Positions 15,001 to 27,000 of a stretch of DNA of 64,000 nucleotides are shown here, in pieces; within the stretch, counting starts at the first letter, position 1, and every line of letters starts with the position of its first letter. Source of the stretch: Candidatus Omnitrophota bacterium (lineage in GTDB: Bacteria; Omnitrophota; Gorgyraeia; Gygaellales; Profunditerraquicolaceae); the NCBI GenBank assembly GCA_041650835.1, contig JBAZKL010000001.1, positions 701,617 through 765,616 of the forward strand, read 5' to 3'. The notes beneath the pieces were generated by a model that searched no databases, was not told the origin of the DNA, and saw nothing but the letters and a program-made list of their open reading frames with translations. The position numbers were made by a program, and so were the translations under genes.

Positions 15001-18000
15001 GAGACAACGAGGCAAATAACGGTACAACATATCCAAACATCTCTTAATATCACCAATGACATTTTTTCCGGACGATGTTACAAAACCCCCTTTTAAAACT
15101 GTCTCTATTGATCCCGTATGACGGGCAATTTCTTCACTAAAATCTTCCGGAAAAAGACATTCCTGGAGGATATTCTCGCCTGATGCCTCTTGGGGAGAAC
15201 AGATTAAACGGGCGAAGAATGATTCAGCATTCTCCGCAATCACCTTATCCAGAAATCCCTGTATCTCTAAAAGCCCGGTATCATCAAGGTTATCTTCTTT
15301 CAGAAGGCGGACCAGTTTTTCTTCTTGAATAGCTGAACTGGAGCGGGGCTTCACCTTGAGATCCCGCTGTGTTGCCGGGAATAACACACAAGGCAAACCG
15401 ATCTGAGTTAAACGGTAAGAACGGCAAACCACAAACGGCGATGAGCTATGATTTCCGTCATTTTTAAGCTGAAGAAGGCTTTCCAGGCATTGCATTTCTT
15501 TTATTATTTCGTCTTTAAGCTCTACGGCATTATCTCCCAGCAAATTATTAATATTTCCCAATCTCTCAGCTAATGTCAAGCGACTTAAGAATTGCGGGCC
15601 CAGCCTTTCTTCAAAGCTCATTTTTCCAATAACTGCGAATAAAATAGTATCATGTTGGCTCTTATTCTTAATTGTAAACCCTTGGATACGCTCTTCTTTC
15701 TCGTTATTTATGATAATAAGGTCACCGCCTAAGAACATATTTCTTACCCCTAACGCCCTCCCCTTTTCATCATACAACTCCACTTCCCCCCTCAAATCAT
15801 GGATAGCCGCATCCATGTTCCAATAAGAATTAATTATCTTTGGCCATGGGAATATTCGTACCGTTTGGAATCCAGGATAGATCGGATTCACATCGAAGAT
15901 GCCACTTACCATCCCCTGATTTAATGACACGATCCTGACCTTCACATAGACAACACCCGTTGATATGGGCAAATGCTCTTCACTAAAGGCCATTTGATGG
16001 TTTCTATCTATTCGTAAACCATGGATTAACCCCGGATAATAATGCGTGAGAACCTCTCCTCTGGCTCTGCTCAATTGCATTCTCTCCGGGGGTATAATTT
16101 CGATGTGCTCCCGGCCAGCCTCTTCGGGATACGTAAAACCCTTTTGCAATTGTACAAGCGGGTCTTTAATAGTAAAATCAGCCGACGCGAATTCATGCGG
16201 GTTAGTTATTCGATGCAATGTCTTTGCAGGGACCTTGATCATTGCTCCCGCGGGGACATGCCAAGTAGACACCGCACCTTTTGAGTCTGCCTCTTCTGCC
16301 AAAATATCCCCTGTTAAAGAAATAGTTAATTCCTGGTCGTCATGATAATGGTTGTTTTGAACATGCCGCGGGGGGTTTTGCACTTCACTGATAGCTATAC
16401 CATCCGACAAATACATCAAAGGATGCAGCGCGAAATGGTGATGCCGGGGCTTAGCGTCGCTCTCCCCGAACCTGCTGAGCTGGAAGAAAGGCACAACAAA
16501 CACAGGAGCCTCTTGCGTTAAATATAAGAACGATTCTTTTGACAATCTTTTCGCGCTTAATACCGCCTCTCCAAGAGCATCTTGCAACGCGGGCGTTTTG
16601 CTCACCTCATACTTTAGTTTTTTCAATCTCTCATGGATCTCAAATGCGGCGTATAGCCTGCTTTTCCTGGCTTCATAGCTGATCGTATCGATTTGAACGC
16701 TCTGCCGTTCATTGAACACCCTGACGGCTTGCGCGTGTATCAAGCTGAGTTTAGAAAGCTCCTGGGCGATCACTGCTGATTCAAGCGGTCTTACAAAAGA
16801 CCGGGCATCATATACCAACTCCTTTGAATATTTCAAAACACCAAAGTAAGTTTTTACTTTTGATAAATTCTTAGGGTCATATTCGTTTTTTTTATACAAA
16901 AGGATCTTCGATTTATTATTCTGGTAATAGTGGACAGCTTTCTCAATTTGACTTACGATTTCCTGAGTAAAACCATACGGCCGCACTTCAAAGCTAAAAA
17001 ACTTTTCATTTCCCTGGAGGAACTCAAATAAAGAACCGCTCAAGTGCCTCCAAAATCGCAGCGCGTCGTTGACATCGACATTTTGTTTACTAAAAGTATG
17101 GATTTTAAAGGCTGCCCTGCGGTATTCATACTCGCTGTAATCACTGGCATTGAAGAAATAAGCGAGCCCTTCCTCGACAAGATACGGGGCGATACTGATC
17201 TGCCCTTTTGTCGCGCTGCCTCCAACCTCTTCATCAACCACATACACGTCAGTATCCAAAAGATACCCCCCTATAAATCCAAGCAAGTGCATTTGCCTGA
17301 CAAAATGTATATCATCCCCCAGATTGCCCAACAATGACAGGAACGGGTTTATTTGGATAATATCTCTTCGTGTCGCAGTCACCATTCCCAATACAGAGTT
17401 CGTAACTACTAAATTATTACTTAAGAAGTGTTTTAGCAGGAATCTCGGTTTATAAAACTCCATATTCTGATTATAGGCGGGGACGCTCACCATTGCGAAT
17501 TCCGGATTACTTCCCAGCACTCCGATTAATTTCTCAATAACAGGGCCGACCAACTTAATATCATCATCGACAAAAACCTGATAATCCCCGGCAGACAAAG
17601 AGACCGCCAAGTTTCTATTTGTCGGTATTGTATTCTTCTTTGAACAGACAATTTTTACGGGGAACGGCACTGATCTTATTTTCTCTTCAACAATATCACG
17701 TTTTTCGCGAGTAAAATTCTCAGGATCTGCTATTGTAATAACAAGTTCTAATTCTATTTCACCTGATGCCCTGGAGAGCTCTTCCAGTCTTCTTAACAAT
17801 GACGCGTGTCGTTTTCCAAATACCGATGCTATTGCGACGCTGACCTTGACCTTTTTTGCGGTTAAATGCTGATTATAGCTATACACCTGTCCCCGGCACT
17901 GGGGTAATTGAGTATCCCAATAATTCCTGCTCAATTGTTTAAGTTCGCCAACCTTTTGAGAGAACTGCTGTCTTGCTTGGAACATTTTCTGCACCGCGTC

Positions 18001-21000
18001 ATCATCGATCTGAACATCGACTGAAAAACCCTGCTTTTCAAAAGTCCCGTTATGAAAGATGCCCGCTTCCCGTGCGATCAAATAAACCTGTCTTTTTTCC
18101 TTATCGCTCAAGCCTTCTAAATGATTATTAATACGCGCGGTGACCTCATTAACATAATGCTCAGAGAATATGTCTTTTACTCTTTCCCGGACTACTTGGG
18201 TTATTGTAAAATCATGTATGGTTTCAACTCGTTTCAACAACCAGTTAATCGCTCCGTGGCCTGTGAGTTTTCCTCCGCTGACAGCGTCAATAGAGCTACT
18301 AGACGTTTCTCTCTGGCGTAACGCCGCAGGAGTAAGATTAAAACCGCGTAAATTCCCGATACCAGTGACCATTGATAAGCGGATCACTGATAAATCAGCC
18401 AGAGCAGAGGAACACGGGGACGGTTGCTCAAGATGCAGATCCACTAATTCACCGCTTTTATAATTTTCCCGGAAAAATCTCTCTCCGAATTCCCCGAACT
18501 CCACCTGATGCGGGCCCCGCTGGGCGGAGAGCCCGGCACGGGAGGGAATAATTATGGATATCGCCCGTTTAAACGGTTCAACAACACCGCACTTCTTCCC
18601 TGCCTGATCATCACTTGAGCTATCCGGTAAAACATTCGTTGCCGTGGGGAAATAAGTATTATACTTTCCGGCTGAAGGCGCCAAGTAATAAATAACCGTT
18701 ACATTAATATTATTTTCTCGAGACAGCCTGACCCATACCCGCTCTAAGAGACGGGAGAATATTCGATGAGTTTCATTATCATCCCTGGGATGAGGGATGA
18801 ACAGAACTACCGCGGGATTCCCCCTTGCCGATATACTTTTATTAATAAATCCCTTTTCGAGGGAATAGAGATGTTCTTCTACCCCTTCGGGATCGCGGGA
18901 GCAGGCCAAGTCATAATCCAAGTGAATGTTCTTTATCCGGCCGGCAGATAAAATACCCGCGGCATTACTCAATTCCTGCCTGCGGATATCCGCCCCTGTT
19001 AAACCTTTTTCCTGCTGCGCTTGAGTCAAAACCACGCCGCGCGCACCGCTGCTATAAACCACATTCGTAATATCAATACCTTTTTGAGCCAACCGCACGC
19101 CTAATCCACCCGCCGCAATTTCGATATCATCGGGATGCGGGGAATAAAATCTGAAACAAACATTCCTGTTTATTCTGACAGGAACAAACCCTGCGGGCGT
19201 TCGTTCTTTCTCAAACGCCAACACATACCTCTTTGAAAGCTCTACCGGTAAAATCTCCCCCCTTTTTATACGCGTCACCGTAAAGGCGTGAGCGTACGCA
19301 TTTTTATCGTGCGTGAAACCATAGTAACCGGCTAAAGCGCCCGCATAGCGCATGGCATGCCGGGTAAAACTTTTGTAATCACGGCGCTCCTGCTGTGACT
19401 TATGCGCACCGACAGCTTCTATTACTTTTCCCGCGGTTTCTTCACCAAAAGAAAAAACGAGATTAAACTCAGGAGGCAATTCCAGGGAAGCATAATAAAA
19501 CGCAAGCAACTCACGCTGCCTCAGCGATGAATACAGGAGTATCAAATCTTTGGCATGCGGGCAATACGGGGCCAGGATAATTTCAGGGTCATAATCCCCT
19601 AATACCCGCTCTAAAGGAAGATCCTTCCAGGTAAATACCTTGACCTCATTTTCCTCCCGAAGGGCGTTGACAAGATTTCCCGCGAAAGCTAAATGATCGC
19701 CTTCTGTTATCTCAAAAACAGCGATCTTTTTTCCGTAAGGCACAGGATAATTCTTCATGCTGTCCGTGATTTGAGCCTTAGTAAGAAGGATATTCCCTTC
19801 TAAAGGATAAGCCGCATTGTTAACAAGCCGCTTCTTATGTTCATCATAGGTTACCGGGATGATCCTTAAGAAATCGTCAAAAAGACCTTCGAGAACTTCA
19901 CCAAAGGGATCGCCGGACTCATGCAATGCGCCGCGAGCAGGAAGCCCCGGGTATCTCTTGAGGTATTTACCCGGATACCCCACCAGCAAACCAAGCAGCT
20001 CGATCAGGCAATTAAAATTATACATATATTGCTGCCGCAATACTTCCGGGATATTTTTAATCGCTTCTGAATCCGCATTTTGTTCCAAATATACCCTTAC
20101 AATACCCGCTACAGTAATATGGATCCTATTACTATGCCCGGGAGGGACGGAAAATAGCGGGGTAAAGTGTTCCACAAATCTCCAATGCAGGCCGTTCTCC
20201 ATAGTTACCGGAAAGGTTCCTGAAAGCGGGAAATTCTGACTCAATAGATCCTGAAAAACCTCTCCATTAACCCTGACCTGCAATTCCCGGTATTTTGGAA
20301 AGAATTTAACTGCCAGAGACGGTTCATCCCTATGCTGATAACGCTGCTGGCGTTCCTGCCTATCTCTTTCCCAGAAAAATAACGGGATTTGAGGGCCGTA
20401 TAAGATCAAAGTCTCTTTTTTGGCTTTATCGATCAGTAACGTAAAACGCAATGTCAAAGGATCCTCGAAAAGCTTAAGCACAAACAATTGTTCCGTAGCG
20501 TAAATAGAGATACATCCTGCGTCCCAATAATACTGCCCTATTCTGTCTTTGCCCCATTCAAAAGTCAAATTTTCGTTATTCGTTTCCCCAAGCGCGCTTG
20601 AACTGGATTTTTTCTTAGGATCTGCCTGCTTTTGTCTTTTTTTTCGGCCCTTTGTCGCTGCTCCTTTTTTCTCCTGAGGAGCGTTGCCTTTCTTTTCTTT
20701 GCGCGCCTGTTTTTCCTCCCCGCGTAAAAAGGCCTCTCTGACAGCGAGGCGGGGGAATAAAACCAGGCTCCCCAGCAGCATCGCGATAGTAGCATAAAAA
20801 GGCATTTGGCCGATAAACCCGAACAAAACAGCCGCTTCGGTAATTATATTACTGACGGCATGGAGCATAATAATGGCCCATAACGAACTTGTCCTGGCAT
20901 ACACTGACGCGTAGACTACCCCGGACAGGAATTGCTTGATAGGTATGAACTTGATGCCGGCAAAAAACGGCAGGATCAAATGATAGGCGGCGAAAAGAGC

Positions 21001-24000
21001 CGCGCTTATAAAAATGCTTTTGCCGGTGCCTACCTTATAACGCTCGACCAATAAACCTTTAAATATGACCCTCCTGAATAAGATCTCCTCAGCGACAGGA
21101 GCCATAATGATATTAGATGCCAGCGATACCATATAAACAGTAAAGCCGCTTGCGAAGAAAGCGGCAACTACTATTGCAGCGGCATTAACCGCAGTAAGCA
21201 GGACAGCGGCAATAAACAGCGTGGATGTTTTCAGAGAAGCTATTTCTTGTTTAAGCGCGGATGAGGCGCGCGGATGAGGCGATTTTGAAGAAACGATAAC
21301 GCGTGTTCTTACCCGGTGCAGGGTGAGCGCCAAGCCTCCGCGCTTTGCCAGGGCAATAAATTCCCCTTTTTGTTCAGGCATAAGCTGCGCGGCTTTAAAC
21401 CAATCTAAGAGCGCACAAGAAAAACCAATTTCCAAAACATGCTCCAATTCAATCCTTCTATTCTTAAGATACCCTTGAACCAAGGGTATTATCGCCTCGA
21501 TTTTTTCCGCTTGGATACCCTGCGCAAGCAACGCCTTTCTGATCAGCGCCAAGCGGCCATTTTCACAAAGATAATCATTTACCTTACCCAAAGCCTGCTC
21601 GACCGGTGAAAAGTTTATCCTCACCCCCTGGCCGCGCTCAAGAAAAACGCCCATCGCCCGGTATTCTTCATAACTCCTTTGCGGAGCTTCCGCGGCGCAT
21701 AAAGAAAGAGGCAAAGCGAGAAACAGCACTTTTGCTATCGCAGCCCTGATAAAAAAGAGCGCTTCGGTTAAATCAACTGACTCATATCCGTCTTCTATCA
21801 AGATCCTGTTTAAATGCCTGCTTCGTTCACCTAAAGGTGAGATCCCATCGTTTAAAGTAAAATACCATTGCGTCAACTCCTTGCCCTGCTTCTTGATCTT
21901 TTGGGATTGCTGCTGCTTCGGCTTGATAAAAGGCGGGCGGGCTAAATTGATGAAAATATTTGTTTGTTTGAGGTGACTTTTTACCTGTTGAGACATCTCT
22001 TTGGCAGTAGCGGCCTGGATAAGCCGGACACCTTCGGGAGGCCGCGCGTGGGTCGGGCCGCTTATAAGGATAACGCGAGCCCCGCTTAAGTGAGCTATTG
22101 CCGCGATCGCGTAAGGCAACTCCGGGCTTACCTGGCGGCTAATGATCCTGACCCCATCAATGGATTCTTCGCTTGAGCCGGATGAGATCAAGATTGTCTT
22201 TCCCGCGACGCCCGCGAACGGCGGATACCGTTGCGCCTGCTCCAACCGCGCTGTTTCACCTTGTTCCCGAAGCTTTCCTTCCAGCTTCACAGACCGGTAA
22301 ACCGGCCTGAGCGAACGCTTACCGCGGACATCTAAAACTATATCCAGGATCTTATCGGCAACAACTGATTTAGATGCTTCCAAGCAAAGATCATCGTCTT
22401 TATTTTCCCTGATGATCACTACTTTATTGTTTTCACCGCGGAAGCCGCTTCCTTCCTGCCCTACCCTATTGGCGCAAATAAAATCCATATTCTTAGCGAT
22501 GAATTTCCTGCGCGCTTCTTCCACCATCGCTCCCGGCTCAACAGTCTCCGCGGCGAAACCAACGACCACTAAGGATGAAAATTCGAGTTTTTCTTTCTTA
22601 AGGCTGCCGACCCATTTTAAAATATCGGGATTATTATGGAGCGTCACGACAAAATCGCGGCGGCCTTCTCTCTCGATCTTTACCGGACGGTAATCAGCTA
22701 CTGCCGCCGCTGAAATATAGACATCGGCAAAGCGCAAATTCTTAGCCACCGCTGCTTTCATTTCCAGGGCAGTGGACACATCGACCCTCATCACGTTATC
22801 AGGAGTTTCTAAAGATGCGGGCCCGGCGACAAGGATAACGCGCGCTCCCCTCTTTTGTGCCGCGGCGGCGATGGCAAACCCCTGCTTTCCTGACGAGAAA
22901 TTCGTGATATATTCAGGCCTGCCCGGGATAGGTTCCCGGTTCGGCCCTGCGGTAACCAGTATAGTCAGGCCTTTAAGATCATCCGCCAAAGAAGAAGAAC
23001 TTTTTATATATTCGCTGTAAACTTTCGACTCGGGGCTCATTTTCTGGGCCACGTGTTCACCAAAGGGATCATCCGTTAAACGATACAGGCTGACCTCGAT
23101 CTCAGGTGCAACGCGCGACGGTGAATATCGGGTAACACAAAACCCTCCCGGGGCAAGCATCTTCCTTAAAATATCCTGCTCCAGCGCCAAATGGGCTTCA
23201 TACGAAAAACTATCGATCATTTTATTGACCAGAATAAAATCAAAAGCTCCCAACTGCGTGCGGATTTGCGCTTCCAAGAAGTTTGCCGAAAGGAAACCGA
23301 CCATTGTTCTTAATCGGGCGTTCACTAAATACGCTCCTGTTTCATCGTCGAAGGTAAAATATTTATTTACTGTTTCCCCGGAAAGGCTGTCAATACTGCT
23401 TTTCCTAAAACGCCCCGTTCGCGCGGCTTCAAGGGCAAAGCGGTTAATTCCAACCTCAGCGATCTCAACAGGACGCGCTTTTGTATCCCAACCGCTTTCT
23501 AATAATTCAACAGCCAGCATGTACGCGTCAGCGCCTTCTCCGTAGCCCAAACAGAGTATGCGTAACGGTTCACCCTGCGGGCGCAAACGCTCCAGTTCGG
23601 GAAGAATGACCCGGCACATGAATTGATGCACCGGGCTGATCTCAAAAGAAGCCCCCCCGGTGATCATCACCGCGTTCAGATAAACCTGCGCGCAATCGCT
23701 TTTGTCCCACATATCTCTTGCTAACCGCTCAAAATCAGCGGTACTTTTGAGTTTAAATAACGCCGCCAGAGATTCATCATATAAAACAAAACAACTGCCG
23801 TAGATGGGAAAATGTATTTTGAATATATTCTCAATGAGTTTTGTATAATATCTCATTTGCGCCTGTTCGCTTAAATTACTATTCACGAAGGCGTATTTTA
23901 TCAGCTCCGATGGATACAAGCCAAACCGCTGCGCGATATCCAAAAGATGGCCGGGGAAACACCACGACCCTTTACCTTGCTCGATCAACCTCTCCATATC

Positions 24001-27000
24001 TTCCCGAACGTACCTGATATAATCATCTTTCCCGACGCCCAATTCCAAAGGCGCAAGCCCCGGTAAAAGAGGATATACGCTTTGAATTGCCTCTCTCAAG
24101 AGCAGGGATTCTTCCTCCGTAACATCCCAGGTAACCCGGCTTTGCCGGAGCGCGATCTTGACATGAGCATCTTTATCAAGCTGTCCATAAAGCCTTCCCC
24201 GGTGATCCTTGACCAAAACAACTCTCTCTTGCCCATGAATGATTTCGTTTACCTCGACTGCTTCATGAGTTTTAAACGCGAAGTAGTAAAACAGCTTATC
24301 CTGCAGCAAGAAAACAGCTTTGCCTTGCTCCTGAAGGCTGTATAACGCGATCATGTCATCCGTATCCCGGATATGCTCATCAACGCGGGACGTAATAAAA
24401 GTGGCTTGCGCGTAAGTGAGCTTACCCATAAATGTATAGAGCAGAAAATAATATTCGAGGTTTGTGCGCGTAAAGATCCGGTCCTTAATTACATATTCCC
24501 ACTCAATACGGTCTAAAACATAATCGATGGTGCAGGAGCTCAAATAAAGACGGATCATGGTCTGCGGATCAGTTAAGCAGAATTTCACCAGTTCATCCGA
24601 ACCGTCTTTATGGACCTGCTCTATTTTCCAGGGGGCCAAGCTTCCACGGCAATATTTCTCAAAGAACCATCCCCACCAGTCGATCCGCTGCCTGCCTGCC
24701 AGTCCATCGGGCGTCCGGGCGTCAAACGCGGGGCTCACCAGCAGATATTGCATCAATTTAACCGTCTCTTCACCCGCATCAACGACCCGGTTATTGACAA
24801 CCAACTCCCGGCGCTCTTTACCATTGATCGCCCACACATTTAAACCCCTGGTTTCTTGCCGCGATTCAAACCTGACAGAACGTAATGCCGGGTCTACATG
24901 ATCGTCTTTGCGCATTAATACCGATACCTGCCTGCCGATAGGCTTTTCTCTGCGGCTATCCCTGATAATGGTACAGTAAAAACCAAAGTTATAAAATGAA
25001 AGGATAGAATCGACGAACCTTCCTTGCCCGCTGATCTGCGCGTCCTCTGCCCTGTGTTTAACATAATCGGGAGTTTCCCCTAAGGCCAGGTCAAATACGG
25101 ATAATTCCGGCGCGTTAAGATCGAACAGGAAAAAGACAGGCAGAGAAAGCTCAAAATGGTTACCATGCACCAAGGCATTATGTAAAAGGTCCCGCAAAGC
25201 GAAATGTATTTCCCCGTAGTTAAACCCATCTCCGCAGCAGGACATATTCCTGGACCGGCCGGTAGGCGTAAAATTCAATTGCCGCGCGAACTCCGCGTCG
25301 ATCAATTGAGCGAATGTATCAAATTCACTCGCCCTGTTGCAGATAAGCTCAAGAGCATGCCCCTGCTTTATGGCGGGAATGACTTTATTGACCGCCTCCA
25401 GGGCATCGCAAAAGGAATCCGGTGAGCCGGTAAGATCTAATTTGATTATTTCTTTGCCTGTTTTATTTCTGATGCGGTCACGAAGAAAGCCTATCTTATC
25501 AGTATCGAACAGCGGAGAAGGTATTTCTTGCCGCTTACAAACAGGCGGCAGCTCTTTCTCTCCCCAATCATCCAGGTCAGGCGGGTCGCGGACCTCATCC
25601 CAACGCGCGTAAAGCTCCTCAAGAGAGATGCCCACATCCGCTGTCGCGGCTAAACCTTCACCGATGATCTTGTCCGCGTCAAAGTCCTCATCATCAACGC
25701 ATCCGGCATAATAATCGTCTAACTCCGCCTGGGTAAGGAGATTTGAATATCTGCGCTGCTTTCTGGCGACCTGGTCTTTAGTAAGCACGCAGAGGCCATT
25801 GCCGCTTGGAGCGCCTAATGCTCTGGTATAGCTGAGCTTTGCTTCATTTGATTCACGACGGGATCTAAGGGGCGAAGAGCCCTCCTGCGAATGCCTTCCT
25901 TGAACCGGAGAACCGGATGACGGCTTAATATTCAACAGGCTTGCGATCTGCGAGCGGATATTATCAACCAGCAACTTAATGCTTCCGGCATCCTGCCGTA
26001 ACCGCGCAATAACAGGCAGCGCGTAATCTCCCGCTAAAACCATAATACGCTTTTGATTCTCCTCTTGTTCCAAACAAAAATACGCCGCATGGGCCTGATA
26101 AGCATCTCCAAGCCCCTGAAGATAGCATTCATAATGCTTACGGAAAACCTGCGGCGCCGGATGAGCAAGCGCGGAATAAACATGCGCGGCTTCATAATGG
26201 TCCTCGGAAGGCTCCCTCTTAAGATACCCGGGATGGAGCATGCTTTCCCTGTCGATATTGATCACCGGCCTTTTTTCGAGAATGATCAGTTCTTCTATCG
26301 GGTATTTACGCAATTTCTCCACATTTATCACTAAATTGTGCCGGCGGTCATTCATGCCTAAAATATGGGCCTCTGCCATAGCCATGCCCAGGCCATAAAA
26401 GAACCGCCGCTGTATTTCTTCACCCAGACGCGACAGGTCCCAGATAAATTCCAGGATATCGATCCCGACGATCTCGCGGATATAGACATATTCCGGGCCT
26501 TCCTTCATCCAGACACTGGGAGCTTGAATTGCCTCAAGCAGCAAATTCCCGACAATACCCGGGATAGTATGTTCTTCGATACTGTTCAAACGCGATTTTA
26601 TCACCACGCGGGAAATTAACCCGTTCGGCTTGATTATCACCGCGAAATACGGCTGTGTGCGCGCTTCAGTGATCTCCCAGATAAGCGGACGGTCTTCGAC
26701 CCTCAAGATGCGGGCGCCGCCCAGGTCAGCCCGGAGAGATTTCTCTATCAAGAACACCTTTTGGCTTCCCGGATGAATAAAACGCATACAATCGGTATGA
26801 CGGGGCAAGCGGATAAACTCATCATCGATAAGAATCCGCCGCTGCAAACGCCCAAAGATCACGTTGACAACCTCATAATCGCGTATATTGCTTAATTGCC
26901 AACGCTCCTCCCGCGTTAACACGCCTCCTTCTATAAGACGGTCCATCGTTAAGATGAACTGAATATCGCACGGGCCGGCTCCCGCGCCATTCTTTAACCG

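Noticed and set aside
20580-20760. The pyrimidine-rich low-complexity DNA at 20.58-20.76 kb as a non-coding spacer or regulatory tract
   Set aside because: It is in-frame coding for a Lys-rich peptide. Verified CPBP motifs lie immediately upstream and an open frame continues downstream.
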